A stretch of DNA of 64,000 bases from Devosia sp. (GCA_015657675.1 JACDQI010000107.1:2706-66705), one strand, 5' to 3'. Counted from the first letter of the stretch, positions 40,703 through 51,816 are shown. Numbers and translations: made by a program. The notes: a model not told the origin generated them from the letters alone.

Positions 40703-41883
40703 TGGCTGGGCCAAGCGACCAGGACAAGCTCTCGGACGACTGGAACCTCGATGAGGCTCTGGGCGCGGGCGCTGACATTGCCGAAGCGACCGAGGAAGAG
40801 AGCAGCGACGCCGAGATGTCGGCCGAGTGGGCCGCCATGCTCGAGGGCGGTGGGGGCGACGGCGAAGGCGACGCCGTGGACCGCGTGCTCAACCAGGACG
40901 AAATCGACAGCCTGCTCGGCTTTGACGCCAACGCGGGTGGCAATGTCGAACTGACTGGCGTGCAGGCGCTGATCAACTCGGCGCTGGTCTCTTATGAACG
41001 CCTGCCGATGCTCGAAATCGTCTTCGACCGGCTGGTGCGGCTGACGACGACGTCGCTGCGCAATTTCACCTCGGACAATGTCGAAGTGTCGTTGGAGTCG
41101 ATCTCCTCGGTGCGCTTCGGCGACTACCTCAATTCCATCCCGCTTCCCGCCATCCTGACTGTCATCAAGGCTGAAGAGTGGGACAATTTCGGGCTGCTGA
41201 CGGTCGATAGCGCGCTCATCTATTCGATGATCGACGTGCTCTTGGGCGGCCGCCGTGTCGGTGGCACGATCCGGGTCGAGGGCCGTCCCTACACCACCAT
41301 CGAGCTGGCGCTGGCCAAGCGGATGATCGAGGTGATCCTTGACGATACCCACAAGGCCTTCGAGCCGCTGACGCCAGTGCATTTCAAGATCGAGCGCCTG
41401 GAGACCAATCCGCGCTTTGCCGCGATTTCGCGCCCGGCGAACGCCGCCATCCTGATTGAGCTGCGGATCGAGATGGACGATCGCGGCGGCAAGGTGGAGA
41501 TGCTGCTGCCTTACGCGACGATCGAGCCGATCCGCGAGCAGCTGCTGCAGATGTATATGGGCGAGAAGTTTGGCCGCGACCCGATCTGGGAAGGCCATCT
41601 TGCCACCGAAATCTACGCTGCCGATGTCGATGTAGAAGCCATTCTGCACGAGGTGCAACTGCCGCTCAGCCGGGTGCTGAGCCTGCAGCCGGGTGACACC
41701 GTGATGTTCGACCGTTCGCCGAGCGATCCGATCAAGCTGCGCTGCGGCGATGTCGAGCTCACCGAAGCGATCATGGGGCATATCGGCAATCATGTCTCGG
41801 TGCGCGTGTCGCGCCCCCTTAATCCGCCCAAGGTCACGATGGCGGCCTTCGAAGCGTTGGACGAAACGCAGGAGAACAGGTGA
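40702..41883 (+). CDS. fliM: Motor switch protein FliM
   Basis: RVLNQDEIDSLLG, SYERLPMLE, ETNPRFA, PYATIEP. Confidence 0.96.
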   Translation: MAGPSDQDKLSDDWNLDEALGAGADIAEATEEESSDAEMSAEWAAMLEGGGGDGEGDAVDRVLNQDEIDSLLGFDANAGGNVELTGVQALINSALVSYERLPMLEIVFDRLVRLTTTSLRNFTSDNVEVSLESISSVRFGDYLNSIPLPAILTVIKAEEWDNFGLLTVDSALIYSMIDVLLGGRRVGGTIRVEGRPYTTIELALAKRMIEVILDDTHKAFEPLTPVHFKIERLETNPRFAAISRPANAAILIELRIEMDDRGGKVEMLLPYATIEPIREQLLQMYMGEKFGRDPIWEGHLATEIYAADVDVEAILHEVQLPLSRVLSLQPGDTVMFDRSPSDPIKLRCGDVELTEAIMGHIGNHVSVRVSRPLNPPKVTMAAFEALDETQENR

Positions 41884-42338
41884 TGTTTGGGATGCCGCTT
41901 GGCATTGTTGTCGAAACAGCTGTCGCCATTCTTTTGGCGACGACGATCGGGTACTGCATTGTCCTCAACCAGCGGCTGAAGCGGCTGCATTCGGACCGCG
42001 ACCAGTTGCGCAAGATGGTGGCGGATCTGGTGCAGGCGACCTCGCTCGCCAACGCCGCGGTCACCGAGCTCAAGACGGCTGCGATCGAAGCCGATACCGT
42101 GCTGCAGGGACGGCTGCAGGAAGCGGAAAAGTTTGGCGTCGAACTCGCCAATCACGTCAATGCCGGCCAGCAGATCATGGACAAGATCGCCAAGATCACA
42201 ACCATGGCACGCAGCACCGGCGGGTCATCGGCGGTACCTGAGCCCAAAGTGCCTGAAGCCAAGCCCGTCGAGGGCAAGCTGCACTCGGCGCTGCAGCAAC
42301 TGGCGATGCGACCGCGGATCAGCGGAAACGCCGCATGA
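41883..42338 (+). CDS. DUF6468/PflI-like membrane-anchored coiled-coil protein
   Basis: N-terminal TM helix, LNQRLKRL, coiled coil; position after fliM. Confidence 0.7.
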   Translation: MFGMPLGIVVETAVAILLATTIGYCIVLNQRLKRLHSDRDQLRKMVADLVQATSLANAAVTELKTAAIEADTVLQGRLQEAEKFGVELANHVNAGQQIMDKIAKITTMARSTGGSSAVPEPKVPEAKPVEGKLHSALQQLAMRPRISGNAA

Positions 42339-43381
42339 AGACAATCCGCCTGCTGCCGATCGTTATCTTTGCCGCTGCGGCACTGCTGGTCTTTAAGGGC
42401 ATTGGCCTGGTGACCAACGGTGGCTACGTGCTCATTGGCACGACAAGTGTGCAGGCCGCTGGCGGCGGCGGCGGTGATAAAGGCGGTGGACACTCCAGCG
42501 GCGGCGGTGGAGAAGCTCCGGCAGAAGGCGGCGACGGGTCGGCGACGCTGACCGACCATACCATGAGCGACTCCTCGCCGACGGCCGAAGACTCATCCCC
42601 GACCATGTCGCTTGAGGATGAGGCGGCCGCCGGCGATGGTCATGGCGGCAAAGCGTCGGCCAAAGGCGATGCCAGCGCTGAGCACGGCTCTGAGGAGGCG
42701 TCTGCCGGCGACGAAGCTGTTGCCTGCCCGCCGGTCGATGCGACGGCAGCTACTGTCGATGGGGCGGCAGCCCCCACTGATGCTGCGCCCGCTGCAGATG
42801 CAGAAGGACATTCCTCCGACGCAGCTGCGGCAGATCCGTGCGAGCCGGCCCAGGTGACGGCCGAGGGCGATGCCATACCGATGATGATGGGTCCTGAAGG
42901 CAAGCTGATTCCAGTTGCTGGCAGCGAGTCCAGCGAGGCCGCGGTGCTGGAGCGGCTGGGTGAACGGCGCACCGAACTGGACAAGCGCGAAGAAGAACTC
43001 GCCCTGCGCATGGCGCTGGTCGATGCTGCCGAAAAGCGCATCAACGAGAAGTCGGCTCTGCTCGAGCAGATACAAGGCGCGATCGACTCTTCTGTTGACC
43101 AGGCCAAGAGCGGCGAGGAAGCACAATTCAAGTCGGTCGTCGCCATGTACGAGACCATGAAGCCCAAGGAAGCGGCGGCGATCTTTAACGAGCTCGACAT
43201 CAACACGCTGCTGCGCGTCGCGGTGGCGATGAACCCGCGCAAGATGGCGCCGATCATGGCCAAGATGGATCCGATCAAAGCCAAGGACCTGACCACCGCG
43301 ATGGCCATAGCGCCGACCGAGCCGACGGTTGCCGTCACGGCCGAGGATATCGCGGCGTTACCGCAGATCGTCGGGCAGTAA
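42335..43381 (+). CDS. MotE-family / MgtE_N-like flagellar protein
   Basis: IRLLP N-terminus, acidic low-complexity linker, YETMKPKEAAAIF, MNPRKMAPIMAKM. Confidence 0.85.
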   Translation: MKTIRLLPIVIFAAAALLVFKGIGLVTNGGYVLIGTTSVQAAGGGGGDKGGGHSSGGGGEAPAEGGDGSATLTDHTMSDSSPTAEDSSPTMSLEDEAAAGDGHGGKASAKGDASAEHGSEEASAGDEAVACPPVDATAATVDGAAAPTDAAPAADAEGHSSDAAAADPCEPAQVTAEGDAIPMMMGPEGKLIPVAGSESSEAAVLERLGERRTELDKREEELALRMALVDAAEKRINEKSALLEQIQGAIDSSVDQAKSGEEAQFKSVVAMYETMKPKEAAAIFNELDINTLLRVAVAMNPRKMAPIMAKMDPIKAKDLTTAMAIAPTEPTVAVTAEDIAALPQIVGQ

Positions 43382-43414
43382 TCGCCTGAGTTGGCCGGTG
43401 TTTAGGTGGCTGGG

Positions 43415-43430
43415 TTAGCCAGACGTTAAG
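43415..43430. promoter_or_regulatory. Degenerate CtrA-like box
   Basis: TTAG-CCAGACG-TTAAG upstream of the large TPR gene. Confidence 0.45.
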
Positions 43431-43484
43431 CCCGCTCGACCTATGGTTGCCCGTGTTGAAGCGACGGGCGGGCAGAAGCCGGCA

Positions 43485-46400
43485 ATGAATGAGCACCTTG
43501 GACGCTGGACGCAGGCACTGAATGTGCTGCTGCGACTTGCCATTCTGGCCGTCATCGGCCTGTGGCCGGCGTTTGCCATGGCGCAAGACGAGGCGCAGCT
43601 ACATGTCACCGCCGAGGCCGGTTACGGCCGGCTTGTGCTAAGTTTTCCCGGCCGCAACGACCTGCCGGAATATTCGGTAAAATACGAGAACGGCGTGCTG
43701 GCCATCGAGTTCACGGAACCGATCAAGCTATTGCTGCCGGACGTTTCAGTGGCGCTGCCCGAGTATATCTCCGTGGCGCGCGTGGACCCCGACAGCCGCG
43801 GCGTCCGCTTCGGCCTGCGCACGGCCCTCAATATCAATCACATGGAAGCAGCTGAAAAGCTCTTCGTCGACCTGATGCCGACGTCATGGCAGGGCCTGCC
43901 GCCGGCGCTGCCCGAAGAGGTGATTGCCGACCTCGCCAACCGCGCCAAGGAGGCCGAGCGGCTTGCCGAGCAGAAGCGCAAGGCTGAGGATGCCAAACGG
44001 CTCCAGCCCGTTGCCACGCTGCGCGTCGGCCGCAACCCGACCTTCCTCCGGGTCGAGTTCACCTGGAACGTCGACACCAAGGCGAAATTTGCGGTCAACG
44101 GCGAGGCAGCGACGATCGATTTTGAGTGGCCCGTGCCGATCGACCTTTATGCGATCAAGGCGGACATGCCCGAGGAACTCAAGAGCGTCCTCAATGCCGT
44201 AACGGCTGACGGTTCGGCTGTCACGTTCCGAGTGGCGCCAGGGGTTACACCGCGCTTTTACACCAGCTCACCGCAGAACTACGTGCTCGACATCGATATC
44301 TCGCGCGAGCGGGGCCTGGAGGAAGCCATCGCGGCGGCCGAAAAGCTCAAGGCCGAGCAGGAGGCCAAGCTTCTCGCTGACGAGGCGGCGCATGGCGATG
44401 AGCACGCCGCCGACGCTGAGCATGATAGTGCGGGGCATCCGCAGACATCATTGACGCCGGTAATCTCGACCGTCGGATCGACGGTGCGGGTGGCGTTCCC
44501 CTTCGAGCAGGATACGGCAGCGGCCGTCTTCCGGCGCGCCGATACTGTCTGGCTGCTGTTTGATACGTCCACCGTCATCAACGCCCCGGCCTCCTCCGAG
44601 GCACTGTCGATGATCGCCGACAAGTTCGAGGTGATCCCGGCCGGTGATGCCGAGGTGGTGCGGATCGATCTCTCGGCCGAGCGGCTGGCTACACTGGGAT
44701 CGGAAGGGCGCTCCTGGGTGCTTTCTCTGGGCGATGTGCTGCTCAATCCGACCGAGCCGCTGTCACTCAACCGCGTGCGTGACCGGGAAGGGCGTTTCGA
44801 GATGCATGTCGATCTTGAGCGGCCGGCTAAGGTGCATCAGTTCCGCGATCCGGACGTCGGCGATCTTTTGACGGTGGTGACGGCGTATCCGCCCTCGCGC
44901 GGCGCGTCTCGTAGCTATTCCTACGTGGACTTCACGGCGCTGCGCTCGGTGCAGGGGCTGGTGGTCGCGGCGATGACGAGTTGCAGGTCTCGATCGAGGG
45001 CAAGGACGCAGTCCTGCGCACCGAGTCCGGACTGACGCTGTCGGACGTGGTTGCGGGGCGGCCGGCGGATGCCGAGGCGCCATCGATCTCCCGCACCTCC
45101 TATCTCGACCTTATCGCCGCGGCGAGCGAGGACCCCGAGGGCTTTGTCAGGCAACAGGAAGAACTGATCAGCCGGGCTGCCGACGGTGACGGGCGCCTGC
45201 GCGACGTGGCGCGCATGGACCTGGCGGAACTGCTGATCGCCAATCGCTTTGCCCATGAGGCCGTCGGGGTGCTCGACGTTCTGAGCCAGGACCTCAAGTT
45301 CGAGGAATTCCGCAAGAAGGTCGACCTGCTCAAGGCCGTGGCGGCGGTTGGTGCTTATCGTCCCGACGATGCTGTCGAAATCCTCACCTCCGGCGCCTAT
45401 GATGACGAAGTCGACGGGGTCATGTGGCGCGCCATTGCCCGCACGGAAGCCGGCGACTATGCCGGCGGACGGCTCGACGCCATCGCGTCCGAGGGTGTGC
45501 TCGACTCCTATCCTGCCTGGGTTCGGTCACGCTTCCTCCTAGCCGGGAGCCGGGCAGCGATCGAGACGCGCGATATGGCACTCGCCACCCGCCTGCTGGG
45601 CCGCGTCGAATTCGCCAAGCTCGATGCCGAGGACATCAGTACCTATCAGCTGCTCGAGGGGCGTTTAGCTGAACTCGATGGGCGCCTGACCGAGGCCCTC
45701 GACGCCTATGGTCAGGTGATCGGCGAGGACGTGCGGCCGACGCGGGCTGAGGCGGTCTATCGAACCCTTTTGGTGCTCAACCAGGAGGATCGGGTCGATC
45801 TCGAAAAGGCCAGCGCGACGCTCGCTGCCGAAGCAATGATGTGGCGTGGCAATCGGCTGGAAGCGGACATGTCCAAGCTCCTCGCCGAGCTCCACTTCCG
45901 CAACAAGAAGTATCGGGAAGGGTTCGAGGTGGTGCGCCAGGCCGTGGCCTACTACCCGGAGAACGACTCCATCGCGGCCTTGCTTGATGAAGCGCAAAAG
46001 CAGTTCGGCCAGCTCTATCTCGATGGCGGCGCCGACCAGCTGGAGGACGTGGATGCGCTGTCGCTGTTTTACGACTACCAGCAGCTGACGCCGCCGGGCG
46101 CGCGCGGCGATGAGATGATCCGCAACCTGGCGCGGCGTCTGGTGAAGGCCGACCTGCTGTCTCAGGCTGGTGACCTGCTGGAGTATCAGATCGACAATCG
46201 CCTCAAGGGCGTGGCGCAGTCGCAGATCGCCGCGGACCTGGCAGTGATCCGCATCGCCGATCGGGATCCGCAGGCGGCGTTGCGGGTGCTGACCGGGACG
46301 CGGCTGGCAGATCTCTCGCCGATGCTGGAGCGGCAGCGCCGCGTGCTCGAGGCGCGGGCGCTGATCGATGCCGGGCGCGAAGCGCTGGCGCTCGATCTGT

Positions 46401-46837
46401 TGTCGCGCATCACCGGGCGCGATGCTGACCTGCTGCGGATCGATGGGTTCTGGAAATCGAAGGCCTATGGTCGTGCGGCCGAGTTGATCGAGACGGCTTA
46501 CGCGCCCTCCGATGCGGTGCCGACCCTCGACAAGAGCGCCCGCATGCAGGTGATCAAGGCCGCAGTCGGGTTCGTGTTGGTCAATGACCGGATGGGCATC
46601 TCCCGGCTGCGCTCGAAATTCTCCGACGCGCTGTCCAACTCGGCCGAGTGGCCGGTGTTCGACTTCGTGACCAGCGACATCTCGCCCACCAGCGACGCGT
46701 TCAAGAAGGTGGCGCGCGAAGTGGCTAACCTCGACTCGCTCAACGCGTTCCTCTCATCGTATCGCCAGCTCTATTCTGGGACCGACGGCGTCGCCCCCGA
46801 CCAGGCGGCAGAGGCCAAACCGGGTAACGCCGCCTAA
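43485..46837 (+). CDS. Large exported TPR-containing flagellar-cluster protein (frameshift near 44968)
   Basis: Signal peptide, GYGRLV, DPDVGD, then helical repeats, PPGARGDEMIRNLARRLV; two ORFs joined by one base. Confidence 0.82.
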
Positions 46838-46864
46838 ATCCGTTCACCGTTTTCTCGAAGCGCT

Positions 46865-47689
46865 CTAGACGCTGACGAAGCTGCGGACCAGTGAGCCGGC
46901 CACCAGGTGCCAGCCGTCCACAAGCACAAAAAAGATCAGCTTGAAGGGCAGCGAGATCACCACGGGCGGCAGCATCATCATGCCCATCGACATCAGCACC
47001 GACGCCACCACCATGTCGATGATGACGAAGGGCACGAAGAGCAGGAAGCCGATCTCGAAGGCGCGGCGCAGCTCCGAGATCATGAATGCCGGGATCAGGA
47101 TGTTGAGCGGGATCGCCTCGGTGCGGTCGACGGGCCGTGTGGTGTTGGAGATGTCGTAAAACAGCACGACGTCCTCGTCGCGCACATTGGCCTGCATAAA
47201 GGTCGCCACCGGCTTGGAGGCAGCATCAAAGGCTTCCTGAATCTCGATGTCGCCGGCGATCAGGGGGGCGATGCCCGCATCATAGGACTGCTGCAGAGTC
47301 GGGCCCATGATGAAGATCGTGAGAAAGAGCGCGAGACTGACCATCACCGAATTGGGTGGTGCGGTCTGCAGGCCGATGGCCGTGCGCAGCAGAGATAGCA
47401 CCACGACGATGCGGGTAAAGCTCGTCACCATCACGAGGATGGACGGCGCCAGCGAGAGGAAAGTTACCAGGCCGACGAGCTGGACGGCGCGCTCTGTCAG
47501 CGTCGCGTCGTCACCGAAATCAACGGAGATGTCCTGGCCGAAGGCGATAGTCGGCAGCGCTATGGCTGCGACCAACGCCAAGAGCGTCAGTAGTCGGTTG
47601 CGGGCCTGATGCCGGCTGGCACCTTCAGGCCTTGGGTGGGCTCGACGGGAAGCGGCTGGAGGGAGCTGCGCCAAGCTTGGATTGCCCAT
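46865..47689 (-). CDS. fliP: Flagellar export protein FliP
   Basis: LAPSILVMVTSFTRI, PAFMISEL, MGMMMLPP, LVDGW; start uncertain. Confidence 0.96.
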   Translation of the reverse strand: MGNPSLAQLPPAASRRAHPRPEGASRHQARNRLLTLLALVAAIALPTIAFGQDISVDFGDDATLTERAVQLVGLVTFLSLAPSILVMVTSFTRIVVVLSLLRTAIGLQTAPPNSVMVSLALFLTIFIMGPTLQQSYDAGIAPLIAGDIEIQEAFDAASKPVATFMQANVRDEDVVLFYDISNTTRPVDRTEAIPLNILIPAFMISELRRAFEIGFLLFVPFVIIDMVVASVLMSMGMMMLPPVVISLPFKLIFFVLVDGWHLVAGSLVRSFVSV

Positions 47690-48257
47690 TGGTTTGGTTC
47701 ACTGGGCCGGTTGTAGCTGAGTCGGTTGCGGCAGCGTCCAAATTGTACCCCTTGGCGGGGATAACCAGTGGATCGCGGGCGGCTGAACGCAAAAGACTCC
47801 GGCGGAGCAAGGCGTTCTGCCGGGTGACCGGCAGGTGCGGCATATCGCGCCGGCGGTCGCCGGCAGGTGGCGCGACGGCGGTTTCTTCGGGCTTGGCAGG
47901 TGTTTTGGGTTCGGCCGTTGCCGCCGCGGGCATGGCTTGCCGCGGCTGCGGGCGGCGGCTGGCCAGTTCGACAGGAATGCCGGCTTCCAGTACGACATCC
48001 TGGGCGCCGCCAGTGAGGATGACGTGCTCGATGTTGTCGCGGCGCAGGATGGTCACCTTGCGTCGGGAGTCGAGTTGCAGGGTTTCCACCACCATCAGAC
48101 GGCGACTGCGGCCGCGGCTCAGGCTAGTCGAGGCCTGCAGCACAAACTTCAACGTCCAGAGGCCAAGCAGCACCAGGACGAGAACAATGCCCAGCGAGAA
48201 GGCTGCATTGAGCAGTGTGTTTTCGGACCCGCCGAACAGGGCGGTAAGGAACTGCAT
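47625..48257 (-). CDS. fliO: FliO family protein
   Basis: TM helix, RLMVVE, DSRRKVTILRRDNIEHVILTGG; precedes fliP. Confidence 0.85.
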   Translation of the reverse strand: MQFLTALFGGSENTLLNAAFSLGIVLVLVLLGLWTLKFVLQASTSLSRGRSRRLMVVETLQLDSRRKVTILRRDNIEHVILTGGAQDVVLEAGIPVELASRRPQPRQAMPAAATAEPKTPAKPEETAVAPPAGDRRRDMPHLPVTRQNALLRRSLLRSAARDPLVIPAKGYNLDAAATDSATTGPVNQTNGQSKLGAAPSSRFPSSPPKA

Positions 48258-48386
48258 GGATGGTCTCCAGGATGACCCGGGTGGTACCAAGTCAGGCGAC
48301 GGATTCGTGCGCCCTGCACTTATTGCCTACCATACCGCCTCAATTGCGGGCATTGCGAGGCATGTTTGGCCCAATTTGCAACAAAG

Positions 48387-48402
48387 TTAACGTCTGATTA
48401 AC
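48387..48402. promoter_or_regulatory. CtrA box in the fliO/flgB divergent region
   Basis: TTAA-CGTCTGA-TTAAC(CAT); ftr-like CGGCAGGATTTGCCC at 48410-48424. Confidence 0.85.
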
Positions 48403-48446
48403 CATCACCCGGCAGGATTTGCCCAGTTGTCGTGGGAGATTCTAGC

Positions 48447-48854
48447 TTGGGCGTTGCCAGTATACCGCTGCTTTCGGCGCTGACCGAGAAGATGAAATGG
48501 CACCAGGCCCGGCAGGGCTTGCTGGCAGAAAATGTCGCCAATGCTGAGACGCCCGGCTATCGCGGTCGCGATCTGAAAGCGTACGGCTTTGCCGAGCACA
48601 TGCGGAACATGTCCGTGGCGACGATTTCGACCACGACGACCAACCCCAGCCACATCACCAAGGCCGGCTCAGGTGCCGATGGTTTTGGCTCGCGTCAGCT
48701 CAACAATTTCGAGGTGACGCCGGAGGGCAACGGCGTGACCCTCGAAGACGAGATGATGAAGGTCACGACCAACCAAATGGACTACCAGGCGGTCACGGCG
48801 CTCTACTCGCGGTCGATCCGCATGATCAAGCTCGCCCTCGGGCGGGCGGGATAA
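48447..48854 (+). CDS. flgB: Rod protein FlgB
   Basis: RQGLLAENVANAETPGY, GNGVTLEDEM; probable TTG start after GGGAGA. Confidence 0.93.
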   Translation: MGVASIPLLSALTEKMKWHQARQGLLAENVANAETPGYRGRDLKAYGFAEHMRNMSVATISTTTTNPSHITKAGSGADGFGSRQLNNFEVTPEGNGVTLEDEMMKVTTNQMDYQAVTALYSRSIRMIKLALGRAG

Positions 48855-48866
48855 GGAGCAGGCCTC

Positions 48867-49280
48867 ATGTCGGACTTTCTTTCCTCGCTCAAGATCGCCG
48901 CGTCGGGTCTGCATGCGCAGAATGCCCGTATGCGCGTCATCGCCGAGAACATCGCGAACGTCGACTCCGCCGGCAAGGCGCCGGGCGAAGATCCGTATCG
49001 GCGCCGCATTCCGACCTTCAAGGCGGTGATGGACGACGAGGTCGGCGGCAAGATCGTCCAGATCGGCCGGCTGGCTTACGACCAGAGCGATTTCTCGACC
49101 CGCTACGAGCCCGGCCATCCTGCGGCGGATGAGAGCGGATACGTCAAATATCCTAACGTCAATTCGCTGATCGAGAGCATGGATATGCGCGAGGCACAGC
49201 GGACCTACGAGGCCAATCTCAACGTCGTCACCGTCACCCGGCAGATGCTGGGACAGACGATCAATATTCTCAAGGGTTGA
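48867..49280 (+). CDS. flgC: Rod protein FlgC
   Basis: ENIAN, PYRRR, YEPGHPAAD, PNVN, YEANL. Confidence 0.96.
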   Translation: MSDFLSSLKIAASGLHAQNARMRVIAENIANVDSAGKAPGEDPYRRRIPTFKAVMDDEVGGKIVQIGRLAYDQSDFSTRYEPGHPAADESGYVKYPNVNSLIESMDMREAQRTYEANLNVVTVTRQMLGQTINILKG

Positions 49281-49290
49281 GGAGCTCTAG

Positions 49291-49626
49291 ATGGCCGGTA
49301 TTCCGTTCAATGCTGCAACCGCCGCCTACGGCAATGCGCAAAAGCTCATCAGCCAGGCGGCGCGGCCGCAGACCGACATGCTTGCCCTCGGCGGCCAGTC
49401 GGGGCAGGGCGCCGACTTCGGCAAGTTGCTGGCGGAGACGGTGCAGAGCGTCGTCAACACCGGCAACACATCCGAGCAGATGTCGATGAACATGGTCAAC
49501 GGCAAGGCCGACATGGTCGACGTGGTCACGGCCATGTCGCAGGCGGAACTCGCCATGGAGACCATGGTGACGGTGCGCGACAAAGTCATCGCCGCCTACG
49601 AAGAAATCATGCGGATGCCGATCTGA
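49291..49626 (+). CDS. fliE: Hook-basal body protein FliE
   Basis: DVVTAM, VRDKVIAAYEEIMRMPI. Confidence 0.95.
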   Translation: MAGIPFNAATAAYGNAQKLISQAARPQTDMLALGGQSGQGADFGKLLAETVQSVVNTGNTSEQMSMNMVNGKADMVDVVTAMSQAELAMETMVTVRDKVIAAYEEIMRMPI

Positions 49627-49693
49627 CGGCACCGAATGGTGGCTGACAGCGGGCGCGAATCCGTCGCCTAAGTGACAAGTGGAGTGAGGCAGG

Positions 49694-49960
49694 ATGACCG
49701 GAGCAGAAGTTCTCGACATCGCCCAGGACGGCGTATGGACGTTGATATTCGTGTCTGCGCCAATGATGCTTGTCGGGCTGATCGTCGGCTTAGTGATCGC
49801 GCTGTTCCAGGCGCTGACGCAGATCCAGGAACAGACGCTGGTCTTTGTTCCCAAGATCGTTGCTATTTTTGTGACCATGCTGATCACGCTGCCGTTCATG
49901 GGCGCGATGATGCAGGGTTTCATGACGCGGATCGCCGACATGATCGTGGTGGGCGGGTAG
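49694..49960 (+). CDS. fliQ: Export protein FliQ
   Basis: FQALTQIQEQTLVFVPKI. Confidence 0.96.
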   Translation: MTGAEVLDIAQDGVWTLIFVSAPMMLVGLIVGLVIALFQALTQIQEQTLVFVPKIVAIFVTMLITLPFMGAMMQGFMTRIADMIVVGG

Positions 49961-49963
49961 GCG

Positions 49964-50737
49964 ATGATCTCGCTGAACTGGCTGCCCGAGACGGCCTATC
50001 TCTATATCCTGATCTTTGCCCGGGTCGGCACGCTGCTGATGCTGCTGCCGGCACTTGGCGAGTCGATCATTCCGGCACGCATGCGGCTGAGCTTTGCGCT
50101 GGTGTTCTCGCTGGTGCTCTATCCCCTGCTGACGCCGTCATTGCCGGCCATGCCGACGGACATGAGCGAGGTCATCGTCCTGCTCTTTCACGAACTCATG
50201 GTCGGCCTGATCCTGGGTGGCATCACGCGGCTGATCATGATGGCGACGCAGGTCGCCGGATCGATCATCGCCTTCCAGACGGGCCTCTCGGTGGCCATGG
50301 CGGCCGATCCGACCAATGGCGGCATCCAGGGCGCCATCATCGGCAGCTTCCTCGGCCTGCTCGGGGTGACGCTGATCTTTGCGACGGACCTGCACCATGT
50401 GGCGCTGTCGGCGATCTTTGACAGCTACATGATCTTTTCGCCGACCTCGCCTCTGATGTTCGCCGACGCGCTGCAGATGGCTATCCAGTCGATCGCCAGC
50501 GCTTTCGTGATCGGCGTGCAGATGTCGGCGCCGTTCATCGTGCTTGGGCTCGTGTTTTATCTGGGCATCGGCATCCTGGGCAAACTGATGCCGCAACTGC
50601 AGGTGTTCTTCATCGCGATGCCCGCGACCATCGGTGTCGGTCTGGTGCTGATCGCCATCCTGCTGACCATGATGATGGGCTGGTATCTCACGCATTTCGA
50701 AAGTGAGATGGCGACGCTGCGTGGCTTCGGGCCGTGA
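49964..50737 (+). CDS. fliR: Export protein FliR
   Basis: FARVG, QVAGSIIAFQTGL, TDLHH, LMPQLQVFF. Confidence 0.95.
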   Translation: MISLNWLPETAYLYILIFARVGTLLMLLPALGESIIPARMRLSFALVFSLVLYPLLTPSLPAMPTDMSEVIVLLFHELMVGLILGGITRLIMMATQVAGSIIAFQTGLSVAMAADPTNGGIQGAIIGSFLGLLGVTLIFATDLHHVALSAIFDSYMIFSPTSPLMFADALQMAIQSIASAFVIGVQMSAPFIVLGLVFYLGIGILGKLMPQLQVFFIAMPATIGVGLVLIAILLTMMMGWYLTHFESEMATLRGFGP

Positions 50738-51816
50738 GCGACGAAGCCCCGGAACAGTCTTCGAAAACAGAAGACCCCTCGCATAAAAAGCTCGAGGACG
50801 CCCACAAGCGCGGCGACGTCGTCAAGTCGCAGGAGGTGACCACCTGGTTCGCGCTGGCTGGGTCGGCGCTGGTATTTGCCGCCCTGGCGCCCGGGACCTC
50901 GGTAGCGCTGTCGGATAGTCTCAAGGGCCTGATCGCCAACGCCGACCTTTATGAAGTGGGAAGTTCGGCGTTCGGGGCCATCTTTTGGGAGATCATGGGC
51001 GCCATCCTGCTGGTGTCGATGCTCCCGATGATCGTGAATGCCGCGTTTGCGACGGCAGGTAATCTCATCCAACACAAGCCGCTGATCTCGACCGACCCGA
51101 TCAAGCCGAAGTTTTCAAAGATCAATCCGATCAGCGGCCTGCAACGTCAGTTCTCCAAGGAAGCGCTGGTCAATTTCGTCAAGGGACTGATCAAGCTGGC
51201 CGTCGTCAGCGGTGCGCTCTGGTACGTGATGGCGCCCGAGATGAGTCAGATGGAAGTGTTGATCACGTCTGACGTGAGCATGATCCTTCCCGACTTCGTC
51301 TATCTGGGTAACAAGATTTTTGTGGCAGTGATCGCGATCGTCACCATCATGGCCATCGCGGACTATGTCTACCAGCGCAACCGCTGGTGGAACCGGCTGA
51401 AGATGACGCTGCAGGAGACGCGCGACGAATACAAGCAGATGGAAGGCGACCCCAAGATCAAGGGGCGTATCCGGGCCATCCGGCAGGAGCGTGGTCGCAA
51501 GCGGATGATGGCCGCGGTGCCGGAAGCCACCGTGGTGATCACCAACCCGACCCACTATGCCATCGCGCTCAAGTACGACCGCGACATGGCGGCGCCGATG
51601 TGTGTTGCCAAAGGCGCCGATGCCATTGCCCTCAAGATCCGCGAGATTGCCAAGGGCGCCGACGTGCCGATCGTCGAGAACCCGCCACTGGCGCGGGCTC
51701 TGTTTGCCAGCGTCGAAGTCGACCAGAGCATCCCGACCGAACACTTCAAGGCGGTGGCGCAGGTCATCGGCTTTGTCATGCGGATGAAGAACAAGTCGAG
51801 CTGGAAGACCAGTTAG
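50734..51816 (+). CDS. flhB: Export switch protein FlhB
   Basis: KTEDP, EGDPKIK, NPTH autocleavage motif, VENPPLAR. Confidence 0.96.
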   Translation: MSDEAPEQSSKTEDPSHKKLEDAHKRGDVVKSQEVTTWFALAGSALVFAALAPGTSVALSDSLKGLIANADLYEVGSSAFGAIFWEIMGAILLVSMLPMIVNAAFATAGNLIQHKPLISTDPIKPKFSKINPISGLQRQFSKEALVNFVKGLIKLAVVSGALWYVMAPEMSQMEVLITSDVSMILPDFVYLGNKIFVAVIAIVTIMAIADYVYQRNRWWNRLKMTLQETRDEYKQMEGDPKIKGRIRAIRQERGRKRMMAAVPEATVVITNPTHYAIALKYDRDMAAPMCVAKGADAIALKIREIAKGADVPIVENPPLARALFASVEVDQSIPTEHFKAVAQVIGFVMRMKNKSSWKTS

